Assembly (NCBI GenBank): GCA_964354685.1
Contig: CAYHAM010000001.1
Coordinates: forward strand, 2,284 to 66,283
DNA: 64,000 nucleotides
Source: an uncultured Methanosarcinales archaeon
Lineage (GTDB): Archaea > Nanobdellota > Nanobdellia > Woesearchaeales > JAGVZT01
Direction: 5' to 3'
Below are positions 1-10,118 of this stretch, piece by piece. Under the pieces are notes generated by a model that worked only from the letters and a program-made list of their open reading frames with translations, was not told the origin of the DNA and did no database searches. Position 1 is the stretch's first letter; every line of letters starts with the position of its first letter. Made by a program: the position numbers and the translations under genes.

Positions 1-1349
1 TTTAGCTCTGCTATTATTTGCAGTAGCTCTTTGTGTTCATCTTTTATCTTCTGTTGCTCAAGTGCTGTTAATCGTTGCAACCTCATATCCAAGATTGCCC
101 TTGCTTGGATCTCTGTTAGTTTATACCCTTTTACCAGCCCTTCTAAAGCAGCTTCAACAGATTCTGATTTTTTTATTAAGGTAATGACAGAATCAATTTT
201 TTGTAAAGCAACAAGCAATCCCTCTAATATATGTGCGCGATGCTCTGCTTTTTTTAGGTCGAACTCTGTTCTTTTTCTTACAATAATTCTTCTGTAATCA
301 ATGTAGTGTTGAATGAGTTGTTTCAGGTTTAGAACCTTGGGTTGGTTGTCAACAAGTGCCAAAATATTTATTCCGAATGTTGTTTGTATCTTTGTGTGCT
401 TATAGAGTTGGTTTAAAACAACTTCCTTGTTTGCATCGCTCTTTAATTCAATGACAATTCTCATTCCTTCTCTGTCTGATTCGTCTTTTATGTCAGAAAT
501 ACCTTTTACACGCTTTGTCCTAACGCAATCTGCAATTTGTTCTATTAGCTGTGATTTGTTCACTTGGTAAGGTATCTCTTTTACAATTACCACCTCTTTG
601 TTTTTCTTTTCTTCAAATTCTGTTTTAGCTCTCAGAACAATATGACCTTGTCCTGTCATGTAAGCCTGTTTTATTCCTACCTTACCAATAACCAAGGCCC
701 CTGTTGGAAAATCAGGGCCTTTTACAATTTTGAGTAATTCATTTAGTTCAAGATCTGGATTATTGATTTGAGCAACAATTGCATCAACAACCTCTATTAT
801 GTTGTGGGGCGGAATGTTGGTTGCCATGCCAACTGCAATGCCAGAAGTGCCGTTTACAAGCAGGTTTGGAAGCTTTGCAGGAAGCACTAAGGGCTCTTTG
901 AGTGAGTTGTCAAAGTTTGGAACAAACTCAACTGTTTCTTTTTCAAGGTCTTGGAGCATTTCTCCAGCAATTTTTGAAAGCCTTGCTTCTGTATATCTCA
1001 TGGCAGCAGCATTATCACCATCTACTGAGCCAAAGTTACCTTGGCCTTGGATCAAAGGGTATCTTAATGAGAAATCCTGGGCCATTCTGACCAAGGTGTC
1101 ATAAACAGCAGTATCACCGTGCGGATGGTATTTACCTAGAACCTCTCCAACAATTCTTGCTGATTTCTTAAATGGGTGGTTGTGGAACATGCCCATCTGG
1201 TGCATTGCATATAGAACTCGCCTATGAACTGGCTTTAGGCCATCTCTCACATCTGGCAGAGCCCTGCCAACAATAACGCTCATAGCATAGTCTAAATAGC
1301 TCTGCTGCATCTCTTTCTCAATCAATTTTTTGATTATTTTTTCTTCCAT
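1..1349 (-). CDS. gyrA: DNA gyrase subunit A, N-terminal part (runs off window start)
   Basis: Read manually from ATG at 1349: [44 protein letters not shown]...[13 protein letters not shown]...[11 protein letters not shown], including the catalytic Tyr motif. Not in the ORF track because it has no stop in the window. Confidence 0.96.
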   Translation of the reverse strand, partial: MEEKIIKKLIEKEMQQSYLDYAMSVIVGRALPDVRDGLKPVHRRVLYAMHQMGMFHNHPFKKSARIVGEVLGKYHPHGDTAVYDTLVRMAQDFSLRYPLIQGQGNFGSVDGDNAAAMRYTEARLSKIAGEMLQDLEKETVEFVPNFDNSLKEPLVLPAKLPNLLVNGTSGIAVGMATNIPPHNIIEVVDAIVAQINNPDLELNELLKIVKGPDFPTGALVIGKVGIKQAYMTGQGHIVLRAKTEFEEKKNKEVVIVKEIPYQVNKSQLIEQIADCVRTKRVKGISDIKDESDREGMRIVIELKSDANKEVVLNQLYKHTKIQTTFGINILALVDNQPKVLNLKQLIQHYIDYRRIIVRKRTEFDLKKAEHRAHILEGLLVALQKIDSVITLIKKSESVEAALEGLVKGYKLTEIQARAILDMRLQRLTALEQQKIKDEHKELLQIIAEL

Positions 1350-1570
1350 TTTTTAGCCTAAAAAACACCTCAGAATTGGTATTTTTTATATATGATTTAT
1401 ATATGATGTTAGAATACTTCTTACTATATAAGTTTTTTGGTTGTAGAATGGCCTTAGAAGGGCTGTAGTGCTGGAATTTAAGGGTTTCATGGTTTTTATA
1501 TCAATAGTATAGTTGGTAAAGCATATAAAGATGTGCCTTAAACAGGATTTTATTAAATAGCTAGTGTGAT

Positions 1571-2962
1571 ATGGTCAGAATGAATAATGACAATGAGAAG
1601 ATTAAGAAGAGCCTGAAATACTCAATCTTAGATGGAGCCTTCTTTTCTGCAATGGTTGGGTTCGGAGAGTCTTTTTTCTCAGCTTTTGCAATTTTTCTCA
1701 AGGCTAATAATTTCCAGATAGGATTACTAGGTTCTCTGCCTCAGACCTTAGGTTCAGTATCACAACTTTTTTCAGATAGATTGATTAGACTAGTAAATTC
1801 TAGGAAAAAGCTGGTTTGTATCGGTGCTTTGCTTGAAGGATTAATGTATATCCCTATTGCACTGGTGTTCTTTTTTGGAACTCTAAGGGTGTTCCATTTG
1901 ATATTTTTTGTTTGCCTCTATTGGATTTTTGGAATGATCCTAAGCCCTGCATGGAACAGTTGGATGGGTGATTTGGTAGATGAGGAAAAGCGGGGTTCTT
2001 ATTTTGGACGAAGAAATAGGATAGCAGGGCTAACCTCTTTTGTTGCATTTATTATAGCAGGATATATCCTACAAAGATCCACAAATGGAGCTAGTAGTCA
2101 ATACCTCGGGTTTGTTATAATTTTTACTCTAGCATTGCTCTCAAGGATAGTTTCTTTGATTTATTTAACAAAAAAATATGAGCCAGAGTACAAATTTTTA
2201 CCAGAGGCTTATTTTAGTTTTATTGACTTTATTAAGCAAGCAAGGTTTAGAAATTACGGTTTGTTTGTTTTCTACCTTTGTTTTATGAATTTTTCTGTTT
2301 ATTTAGCAAGCCCTTTTTTTACTGCCTACATGCTGTATGATTTAAAATTAGATTATATAAGTTTCACAATAATCAATGCAGTTGCTATTCTTGTAAAGTA
2401 TTTAACAATGCCTGTTTGGGGTAAAGCTTCAGATAGGTTTGGCACAAGAAAGGTTTTGAGTTTGGCTGGTTTTTTAATGCCTGCTGTGCCTTTGTTGTGG
2501 CTTTTTTCTAAAGATATGTTGTATTTGATAATCATACAAGCTTATAGTGGTTTTGTGTGGGCTGGTTTTGAGATTGCATCATTCAACTTCATTTTTGACA
2601 CAACTAGTCCACAAAAGAGGGCAACATGCGTTGCCTATTACAATGTTTTGGATGGTGTTGCAATATTCTCAGGTGCTATGATAGGTAGTGTAATTATCAG
2701 ATACAACAACATTTTCTGGTCAAAATACCTGTTTGTATTTTTTGTAAGTTTTGTATTTAGATACTTGGCTTCCATTGTTTTTATTCCTAAATTAAGAGAG
2801 GTAAGAAGAGTAGAACAAGTGCCTTATCAAAAATTGTTTTTGAATATTATCACAACAATCCCAACACGAGGGATAGTTCATGATTTGATAACCTTTAGAA
2901 AGAGCGTAAAGACAGATAAAATAAAAGATCTCAGAAAGAAGGCTTTTAGGAAGAGGGATTGA
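1571..2962 (+). CDS. MFS transporter
   Basis: 463 aa, about 12 hydrophobic segments; motif-A-like WGKASDRFGTRKVL and MGDLVDEEKRGSYFG. Confidence 0.88.
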   Translation: MVRMNNDNEKIKKSLKYSILDGAFFSAMVGFGESFFSAFAIFLKANNFQIGLLGSLPQTLGSVSQLFSDRLIRLVNSRKKLVCIGALLEGLMYIPIALVFFFGTLRVFHLIFFVCLYWIFGMILSPAWNSWMGDLVDEEKRGSYFGRRNRIAGLTSFVAFIIAGYILQRSTNGASSQYLGFVIIFTLALLSRIVSLIYLTKKYEPEYKFLPEAYFSFIDFIKQARFRNYGLFVFYLCFMNFSVYLASPFFTAYMLYDLKLDYISFTIINAVAILVKYLTMPVWGKASDRFGTRKVLSLAGFLMPAVPLLWLFSKDMLYLIIIQAYSGFVWAGFEIASFNFIFDTTSPQKRATCVAYYNVLDGVAIFSGAMIGSVIIRYNNIFWSKYLFVFFVSFVFRYLASIVFIPKLREVRRVEQVPYQKLFLNIITTIPTRGIVHDLITFRKSVKTDKIKDLRKKAFRKRD

Positions 2963-3086
2963 GTAATAATATTTTGGATAAGGGATTTCTATAACTTTTC
3001 CACAATTTTGGGTTTGATACAAAATACTCTAAACTAAGGTAAGGGTTAGAAAAGTTTTTATACTGTATAGTAGTAACCTGTCAAAC

Positions 3087-4262
3087 ATGCTAACACAAGA
3101 ACTAATCAATCGTGGAGGAAGCAAACTAGAAGCAACAAGGCTTTTTCTTGAAAAAGGTTTAGAGATTCCTATTCCTAAGTCTCTATGGTTATATGCCGGA
3201 GAGTCTTTAGAGTCTGTTAAATCAGATTTTGAAGCGTTGAAGAAACCAGTTATTATTCGATCTTCTCACAGATATGATTGGCATGGGATGATTGGAGCGA
3301 TTCCAACCTTTAGGAATAAGCATATATTTAAAAATTTAGAGGACGCTATGAGTATAACTGAATCATTTATGAGAACACCTGAAATAAAACAATTCTCTGT
3401 GGATGATTGTGGTGAGTATACAGAGGAAGTTCATTTTTTAATACAAGAGCAAACTTCAAATATTGTTGGTAGCATGCTCAGGCATCCAAATGATCCAGAT
3501 ATGATACTCATAAATTATTTTAATATTTTTGAGCGTGAAAGAAGTAGAGCGTTGAGATCTATAGATGAATTCGTTTATATACCCAATATATCTCTTGCAC
3601 GATATTGGGAAGATACTGGACATTTATATCATGATTGTTGTTTACTCTCTGATAAAATTGAGGATAGAGAGATTTTGGAATTGATTGAGATGTACAAAAC
3701 TGTAGAGAATTCAGGGCTTTTAGAAGAGGGTTGGACTTATCAGATGGAGTTTGGGTTAGATCCGTTAATGTTTTTCCAAGTGAGACCATTTAAGCCAATT
3801 AAAATTGCTGATTTTAACTTTTATGAAATTGAAATTGATTGTCCATATTTAAGAATACATAACACTTTTGGAACTACACCAAAAGAAGGGGTGATTCTAC
3901 CATTTAAGGTAGTAGAAAGTGTGAGTTTTGAGATAAGTACTCAAGAGTGGCCTGTTTGTGACATTACAAAACCATATGGTTTAATTATAGATTGGGGGTT
4001 GAAAGAGAATATGCCAATAACCATCCCAATGGGAAGTATGAAAGCATTTTTCACTGGTCAAGATTTGGTAGTATTGTTACATGGAAGCTACAGATTTATG
4101 AAAAAGGCAGATGTCTCTGGATTTGGTTATTTTGGAGATAAATTAGGAGAAGGTATTGACCTCTGGAGTGGGCTCCCTTTTGTATTAAAAAATTTTAGAG
4201 GAAATGCGAAGTTAATCTCTGACGGAAAAATAGGGGCAATAATCTCTGAAGAATTTCTATAA
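3087..4262 (+). CDS. Hypothetical protein with a divergent PEP-synthase/PPDK-like ATP-grasp N-terminal region
   Basis: 391 aa ORF; GGSK...LEIPIPK, PVIIRSS, FLIQEQ and QMEFG...FFQVRP resemble PPDK_N motifs; no phospho-His domain recognised. Confidence 0.5.
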   Translation: MLTQELINRGGSKLEATRLFLEKGLEIPIPKSLWLYAGESLESVKSDFEALKKPVIIRSSHRYDWHGMIGAIPTFRNKHIFKNLEDAMSITESFMRTPEIKQFSVDDCGEYTEEVHFLIQEQTSNIVGSMLRHPNDPDMILINYFNIFERERSRALRSIDEFVYIPNISLARYWEDTGHLYHDCCLLSDKIEDREILELIEMYKTVENSGLLEEGWTYQMEFGLDPLMFFQVRPFKPIKIADFNFYEIEIDCPYLRIHNTFGTTPKEGVILPFKVVESVSFEISTQEWPVCDITKPYGLIIDWGLKENMPITIPMGSMKAFFTGQDLVVLLHGSYRFMKKADVSGFGYFGDKLGEGIDLWSGLPFVLKNFRGNAKLISDGKIGAIISEEFL

Positions 4263-4397
4263 TTTTTTCACAATATTATCTCCCACTTTATAGCTCTTGC
4301 CACAATAAACGCATCTCTTTACCTTCTTTGTCAGAATTGTATCTTTTGATTGGTACTTCATTGTTTGCTTGCATTTTGGGCATCTTAGAAGCAGCAT
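4257..4397 (-). CDS. Small zinc-ribbon protein (46 aa)
   Basis: Read manually: MLLLRCPKCKQTMKYQSKDTILTKKVKRCVYCGKSYKVGDNIVKKL*; two CxxC pairs; starts 1 nt after the scpB stop. Confidence 0.8.
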   Translation of the reverse strand: MLLLRCPKCKQTMKYQSKDTILTKKVKRCVYCGKSYKVGDNIVKKL

Positions 4398-4398
4398 T

Positions 4399-5325
4399 TT
4401 AATCTTTCACGTCTTTCATCTCTTCAGAAATTTCCTCACCAAGCTCTTCTACTTCTTCTAGCTTTTTCTCTGGTTGAGGTTCTTTTAACTCTTCAACTTC
4501 TTCAAAAGGCTTTTCCTTAGTATCCTCTTTTAATTCCTCCTCAGGCTCCTCAGGCTCCTCAGGTTCTTCTGGCTCCCTCTTAATCTCTTCTGGTTCAAAC
4601 TCATCAGAGGGTTCCTCATAAATTTCAACCCTTGGTTTTTTCTGCTTTTCTTTATAAACACTTATATGCGGTTTTGCTTCTGGCTCTTCAAACACATCTA
4701 GTTTACCTATTTTTTCTTCTTCACCTAGCTTTTCTTCTGGCTCATCAACAACCTCTAGCTTTCCAAGCCTTTCCTCACCATATGGCTCAATGCCCTTTTC
4801 CTCAATCTCTTGAAGAACAAGGTCAGTCTCTGACATATCCCTAAACTCCTTGAATTTCTCCTGCACGTCCTCTTTTCCTTTTAGATCAAAGTAATCATAG
4901 AACTTCTGTGCAAGTTTTATCATATAGCTCCTACTATGCTTTTGTTTTATTATAAAACCTGTATCAATCAGGTCTTTTATATGGTCATAGGCCTTGTTTG
5001 TTCTGATCTTGATGATGTCTGACTGCAAAACAGGTGCCTTCCAGGCAATAACCGCAAGGGTCTCCATTATTGTTTTGCTTAGCTCTGTGTGCGGTACAAT
5101 GTTCTGAATAATGGGCATGTATTCTTCTCTTACAGTGAGCTTCCATTTGTTGCCTTCATCAATTATCATAAATGGAGAATCAGCTTTTTTGTAATCTTGT
5201 TGAAGCTCTTGTAGTAGTTTCTTCACTTTTTCAACATCAAGTTTTGTTAGCTTTGATATCTCCTCTATCTCTATCTTGTCTCCTGTTGCAAACAGAACAG
5301 CCTCCACCTTTTTTTTGTCTTCCAT
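4399..5325 (-). CDS. scpB: Segregation/condensation protein B (SMC-ScpAB) with long acidic tail
   Basis: VEAVLFA, ELSKTIMETLAVIAWKAPVLQSDIIKIR, KFYDYF; Glu/Pro-rich C-terminus. Confidence 0.92.
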   Translation of the reverse strand: MEDKKKVEAVLFATGDKIEIEEISKLTKLDVEKVKKLLQELQQDYKKADSPFMIIDEGNKWKLTVREEYMPIIQNIVPHTELSKTIMETLAVIAWKAPVLQSDIIKIRTNKAYDHIKDLIDTGFIIKQKHSRSYMIKLAQKFYDYFDLKGKEDVQEKFKEFRDMSETDLVLQEIEEKGIEPYGEERLGKLEVVDEPEEKLGEEEKIGKLDVFEEPEAKPHISVYKEKQKKPRVEIYEEPSDEFEPEEIKREPEEPEEPEEPEEELKEDTKEKPFEEVEELKEPQPEKKLEEVEELGEEISEEMKDVKD

Positions 5326-5326
5326 T

Positions 5327-5908
5327 TTAATATAAACTATTAACTAGGGTATATTTATCCTTTGCTTTTTTTATTTTTTCTTTTTTGACATATTCATCAA
5401 TATAGGGTTGTAGCTTTTTTGGTTCAATTCCAACAGCCTTTGCTAGCTCTTCTATTGTTTTCGGGTTTTTTAAGGTATTCATAACAAGGTTTTTTAGCAG
5501 TGCTTCAGCGTTCTTTTTTAGTATTTGGTTCTCTGCGTTTGTGTTTGCGACATTCATGCTCATTGTATGCAATCTTGTGAGCAAATCATTCAACAACCCC
5601 GCAAGCTCATTTGATCTTAAGGCAAGCTCTTCTGGCTCAATTATCTCAATAGATGAAGGCATATAATCAAAGCAAAAGCTCGTAATTAGGTTAGGGTCTT
5701 CAAATTCTATAACAAGCTCTGCAAATGTGCTAAAAAAGTTATCAACTTTTTTTGTCTCAAATGTTTTCTCCTCTTTTACCTTTATCCTTTGCTCTTCCTT
5801 GATTTTTTTAATGACAAATGCAAGTGCTTTTTTCACATGCTCTTCTGGTTTTCCCACTACTTCTAGAACAACCCTTGTCATCACCCTTTTTACCTCTGCC
5901 ATGCTCAT
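5327..5908 (-). CDS. Conserved hypothetical protein (possible C-terminal HTH)
   Basis: 193 aa ORF abutting scpB; LEVVGKP and FDYMPSSIEI motifs; TIEELAKAVGI HTH-like end. Confidence 0.7.
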   Translation of the reverse strand: MSMAEVKRVMTRVVLEVVGKPEEHVKKALAFVIKKIKEEQRIKVKEEKTFETKKVDNFFSTFAELVIEFEDPNLITSFCFDYMPSSIEIIEPEELALRSNELAGLLNDLLTRLHTMSMNVANTNAENQILKKNAEALLKNLVMNTLKNPKTIEELAKAVGIEPKKLQPYIDEYVKKEKIKKAKDKYTLVNSLY

Positions 5909-5978
5909 CTAGAATTGATAGCGGTTTAAAAAGTTTGCCATAGAAACCTATTTAAATGGTATCTTGTTCCCAAGCCCT

Positions 5979-6236
5979 ATGCAAGGAGTAATTGTCAACT
6001 ACAAGAGGAGCAAACATAAGCAAACAACCAACCAGATGATAGTTAAAGTTGAGGGTGTTGATAGTAAAGAAAAGGCTGCTAAGTTAGTTGGCAAAAGGGT
6101 TGTTTACACCAATGAGAAGGGTAAGAAAATTTCTGGCCAAGTTAGGGCAGCACATGGCAACAAGGGTGCCTTAAGAGTTTTGTTTGAAAAGGGCATGCCT
6201 GGGCAGGCTATTTCTAAGAAGGTTGTAATTGAATAG
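5979..6236 (+). CDS. rpl35ae: 50S ribosomal protein L35Ae
   Basis: MQGVIVNYKRSKHKQ...GQVRAAHGNKGALRVLFEKGMPGQAI; ATG at 5979. Confidence 0.93.
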   Translation: MQGVIVNYKRSKHKQTTNQMIVKVEGVDSKEKAAKLVGKRVVYTNEKGKKISGQVRAAHGNKGALRVLFEKGMPGQAISKKVVIE

Positions 6237-6309
6237 ATTATGTAATATTGTTTTCAAAAGATTTAAAAACCCTTTAAACTAATTCTCTATAGGGGGAAGG
6301 TTAGTAAAA

Positions 6310-7119
6310 ATGCAGCCAAGTATAATATTTCTAGGAACAGGAAGCAAAAGTATTGTTTTGGGCAAGCAGCTAAGGGGTACTGGTGGGATTGTAATACGGG
6401 CTGATGAGCACCAATTCCATATTGATCCTGGGCCTGGTGCTTTGAATATGGCTAAAGAGCATTATGTTAATATGCGCGAAAACACTTGTGTTTTGGTTTC
6501 TCATCCCCATATTGGGCATTGCAATGATGTTAATGCTGTTATTGGGGCAATGACGCATTCTGGATTGGACAAGAAAGGGGTTTTGGTTAGCAACAGCCTT
6601 TTGATAAATGGTGACAATTTCATAAGACCTTATGTTACTGAGTTCCACAAGGGTTGCTTAGAGAAATATGTTGTTTTAAGTGCAGGTCAAAAGCTTGGCA
6701 TTGATGATATTGAGATAAAGGCCACAACAACAAAACACTCAATTGACAATATAGGTTTCAAGTTTTTCATGTCTCAGTTTACCTTGTCCTATTTATCTGA
6801 CACAGCTTATACTCCTGAACTAATTGATGAGCACAAAGATTCAGAGATTTTGATACTAAATGTTGTTAATCCTTTTGGGGAAAAAACAAAGTATAACCTA
6901 AATTCAGACAATGCTGTAAAGATAATTGAAAACCTCAAACCAAAGCTCGCTATTATAACCCATTTCTCAATAAAGATGTTAAAGGCTGATCCATTGATTG
7001 AGGCAAGGAAGATAAACCAAGAGACAAAAAAACAGGTTATTGCAGCAAAGGATGGAATGGTAATAAATCCTTTGTCTTATTCTGCAAAGCGCAAACAGCA
7101 GACTTTAAAATCATACTAA
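6310..7119 (+). CDS. MBL-fold metallo-hydrolase
   Basis: FLGTG, IDPGPG, SHPHIGH (variant of HxHxDH), YLSDT, ITHF. Confidence 0.85.
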   Translation: MQPSIIFLGTGSKSIVLGKQLRGTGGIVIRADEHQFHIDPGPGALNMAKEHYVNMRENTCVLVSHPHIGHCNDVNAVIGAMTHSGLDKKGVLVSNSLLINGDNFIRPYVTEFHKGCLEKYVVLSAGQKLGIDDIEIKATTTKHSIDNIGFKFFMSQFTLSYLSDTAYTPELIDEHKDSEILILNVVNPFGEKTKYNLNSDNAVKIIENLKPKLAIITHFSIKMLKADPLIEARKINQETKKQVIAAKDGMVINPLSYSAKRKQQTLKSY

Positions 7120-8034
7120 AAGCATTGCCAACAAAAAGCCAACAAAACAACCCAAGCTTAGAAAAGGCATTGCTGGATAAAACTTTCCCTTTTCTCCTTT
7201 TAACAATATAATAACCAAAGCGATTGTTGTTGTCAGAGTTATTATTAAGGGAGCAATGTAAGAACCTGTTGTTTTCATCACTGCTCCTGCAAAGATAATT
7301 GGAAATGCAACATCTCCTCCCCCAAGTATGGCTGTTTTAACATTTTTAGTGGTCTTGATCCTCTTATCCTTCTTTGTATTTGGAATCTTCATAGGAGCAT
7401 ATGGCACTGAAAGCCCTGCAAACACTTTGGAAACAGACTGGAACTCTGCCATTTTTATCATGTGCTTGCTCTTCCACACAGCATATGCATCATAGAGGGA
7501 TATTAAAACCAGTAATAGAACTGCAGAGAATATGTTAATAACAGGAACAAGCAGGGCTGCAATTCCTCCGTAAATGAAAATCTCTGTAAAGTTGTGTATA
7601 TATACATTTGGTTTGAAGACCTTTAATAAGCTTAGTATAATGGCCAAACCAAAGGTCACCAAATAAACATTCTGCAAATTGAATTGATTCAAAATCTTAA
7701 AAACAAAAGGGTTTAATGCAATAACCAGACTAAACAAAACTGCGAGAAAATACCAAAGCTGCCAGAGTACTTTTTTTCTGAATTTTATTATCAAAAGCAC
7801 AATGCCTGTGCCTATTAAAACTGCAATCAGGATAATAATAAATGTAAAAGACTCGTTTTCCACTTCAGGGGGTTCTACCCCTACGCGTTTATAAACCTCA
7901 ATATTCTTAACTGTTTTTCCTGTTTCATGTGTTTGTTTAATATCAATATACTCCCCCAATATGATAAGCCCAGCAAGCTGGGCTGTGAAAAACAGGAGTA
8001 TAAGCATGATTGTTGGAGTGATTGGATGTTTCAT
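7111..8034 (-). CDS. Presenilin/signal-peptide-peptidase family intramembrane aspartyl protease
   Basis: Multi-TM; YDAYAVW, LGGGD (GxGD) and PAMP (PAL-like) motifs; probable ATG at 8034. Confidence 0.9.
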   Translation of the reverse strand: MKHPITPTIMLILLFFTAQLAGLIILGEYIDIKQTHETGKTVKNIEVYKRVGVEPPEVENESFTFIIILIAVLIGTGIVLLIIKFRKKVLWQLWYFLAVLFSLVIALNPFVFKILNQFNLQNVYLVTFGLAIILSLLKVFKPNVYIHNFTEIFIYGGIAALLVPVINIFSAVLLLVLISLYDAYAVWKSKHMIKMAEFQSVSKVFAGLSVPYAPMKIPNTKKDKRIKTTKNVKTAILGGGDVAFPIIFAGAVMKTTGSYIAPLIITLTTTIALVIILLKGEKGKFYPAMPFLSLGCFVGFLLAMLLV

Positions 8035-8088
8035 TGAATTATAAAAAAAAGGGAGTTTATTTAAAGTTAATCTTTTTTGTTTGAAGGG

Positions 8089-8532
8089 ATGAAGATGCAC
8101 AATGTTGAGATAAGGGTGTTCAGCAAGCCTGAAGATAATCTGGAAAAGGTAAAGAATGGTTTGTTGAGTTTGATACCCTTTGATTTGAGCAAGGAAAAGA
8201 TAAGATTAAATCAAAAAAATGCCTTTGGATTTAATGAGAAGAAGATTGTGATTTTGAGTATTAAACTGGACAAGCAACGCCATGTGAACCAATTTCTAGA
8301 AAAGCTTTGTAAGGATTTGACCCAAGAACAAAAAGGGTTGATCAAAAGCCAAGCAGAGTCCAGGCTTGATAATGAGTTGTTCTCTTATCTAAGGTTTGAC
8401 AAAAATAAGCTCATTAATGAGGCAAGGCTTTGGCTAACTGACAAAGGGGATTGTTATCATATCAAGCTAAGCATTGCTTCTTTCCCCAGAACAAGGGAGA
8501 AGGCACTGGAATGTGTTAGAAGCATTTTCTAA
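8089..8532 (+). CDS. DUF54/COG1325-type predicted RNA-binding protein
   Basis: EDNLEKVK...SRLDNELFSYLRFDK...GDCYHIKLSI pattern; lies before ribosomal protein genes. Confidence 0.75.
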   Translation: MKMHNVEIRVFSKPEDNLEKVKNGLLSLIPFDLSKEKIRLNQKNAFGFNEKKIVILSIKLDKQRHVNQFLEKLCKDLTQEQKGLIKSQAESRLDNELFSYLRFDKNKLINEARLWLTDKGDCYHIKLSIASFPRTREKALECVRSIF

Positions 8533-8604
8533 CTGTTTTCAAAAACCTTATAAACTTATCCAAGTTCCCAAGTTTTCTATATTAAAAATATATAGGTGAT
8601 ATAT

Positions 8605-8877
8605 ATGCCCGAGGGCTCAAAAAAATCAAGGACATTCAGAAGGGTAAAAATAAAAACCCCTGGCGGCAAGAGTGTGCTTAGATATAAGAAGAGAAAGCCA
8701 AGCAAAGCAAAATGCGCCAATTGTGGGGCTAAGCTGGCTGGTGTGCCTCGGGAGAGGGATTTTAAGATACAGAATATGGCCAAAACACAGAAAAGGCCAT
8801 CAAGGGCTTTTGGGGGTAATTTGTGCAGCAGATGCACAAGAGAGTACTTAAAGCAAAAGGCAAGGTTGTTAAAATGA
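8605..8877 (+). CDS. rpl34e: 50S ribosomal protein L34e
   Basis: KTPGG, KCANCG, RPSRAFGGNLCSRC. Confidence 0.96.
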   Translation: MPEGSKKSRTFRRVKIKTPGGKSVLRYKKRKPSKAKCANCGAKLAGVPRERDFKIQNMAKTQKRPSRAFGGNLCSRCTREYLKQKARLLK

Positions 8878-9212
8878 TTGAGGTTGGCAGGGTTTGTTTA
8901 AAGATTGCAGGAAGGGATTCTAACCTAAAGTGTGCCATAATAGATGTTTTAGATGACAAGATAGTTATGATTGATGGCCAGACAAGGAGAAAGAAGTGTA
9001 ACATAAAACATTTAGAACCTTTAAACTCGGTTGTAAAAATAAAAAAAGGCGCAACCCATTCCGAGGTTGTCAAAGAGCTGGAAAAGATTGGAATAAAGGT
9101 TGTAGAAAAAGAAAAAAAGGCAAAGCCAAAAACACAAAAGCCTGTTAAGAAGAGAAAAATCAAGGACAAACCAATTGAAGTTGAAAAGCCTAAGAAAAAG
9201 ACAAAGAAATAA
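8874..9212 (+). CDS. rpl14e: 50S ribosomal protein L14e with Lys-rich tail
   Basis: MIEVGRVCLKIAGRD...RRKKCNIKHLEP; ATGA overlap with the rpl34e stop. Confidence 0.95.
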   Translation: MIEVGRVCLKIAGRDSNLKCAIIDVLDDKIVMIDGQTRRKKCNIKHLEPLNSVVKIKKGATHSEVVKELEKIGIKVVEKEKKAKPKTQKPVKKRKIKDKPIEVEKPKKKTKK

Positions 9213-9237
9213 ATAAGTAAAGTTATTCTTTGAGATT

Positions 9238-10113
9238 ATGAGTCTAAGTTATTTTAATATTTTGAAAAAAAGCTGGGATGGATTTAAAAGAAACCCTGTT
9301 CTGATTTTGCCATTGTTTGTGGGGCTTGCCTTATTCATTGGCTTCTTGCTGGTTGTTGTTCTTGAGGTGCTTGTTTTTATTATTATTTTTTCAAAAAGCG
9401 TTTTGTCAGATCCAATGAGTGTTTTGACCAGCACGAAAGGTATTTTATTGATTGTTTTTTTTAGTATGACTGATTTGGTCTTTGTTTGGATGATCTCATC
9501 CTACATAAAGGCAATGCAGATCGGTATGTATTTAGATGTTGCCAAGAATAAAAAAACAACATCAGAGGCAATGTTTAAATATGGTAAAATGTTCTTTAAG
9601 GTATACTTTAAGTACCAATTAGCAAAGTTTGTGATGTTTATTGTACCTATCTTAATTCTTGCGTCTGTTGTTTATCTCTGTTATCTTGCCTCTAAAATCT
9701 TGGCAATAATCATTGGGGTTCTGGCACTTTTGCTGCTGTTGGGTTATATAACCTTTATTGGGTTTGGGCTGTTTTTTATAGAACCAATGATTGTAACTGA
9801 AAGAAAAGGTTTAGTGGCCTTGCTAAAACAATCAATTGATTATTCAATGAAGAACTTTGGTCATGTTATTATAACAGGGGGTATTATAATAATTATTACT
9901 ATGTGTGTTGGTTTGATAATGTACATAATAAAAGCGCCTGTGTCTTTTTTCATCAAGATTCTGGAGATAGCTGGATCAGTTGGACCAATAGTCTTTTTGT
10001 ATGGTCTTAGTTTTTTGCTAGAGATTATCATGGGTATTGTCAATGTCGTCCTAGGTGTTGTGCTTGGTTTGTTTTTGTTTAATGCTTATTTTGCTAAGAA
10101 GAGAAAAAGATAG
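9238..10113 (+). CDS. Hypothetical multi-pass membrane protein
   Basis: 291 aa, about 6 hydrophobic segments. Confidence 0.75.
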   Translation: MSLSYFNILKKSWDGFKRNPVLILPLFVGLALFIGFLLVVVLEVLVFIIIFSKSVLSDPMSVLTSTKGILLIVFFSMTDLVFVWMISSYIKAMQIGMYLDVAKNKKTTSEAMFKYGKMFFKVYFKYQLAKFVMFIVPILILASVVYLCYLASKILAIIIGVLALLLLLGYITFIGFGLFFIEPMIVTERKGLVALLKQSIDYSMKNFGHVIITGGIIIIITMCVGLIMYIIKAPVSFFIKILEIAGSVGPIVFLYGLSFLLEIIMGIVNVVLGVVLGLFLFNAYFAKKRKR

Positions 10114-10118
10114 CTGTC

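Noticed and set aside
31..1104. Plus-strand ORFs 31-297, 799-1104 and 902-1090
   Set aside because: Antisense shadows of gyrA; the same applies to most short ORF-track entries opposite long genes
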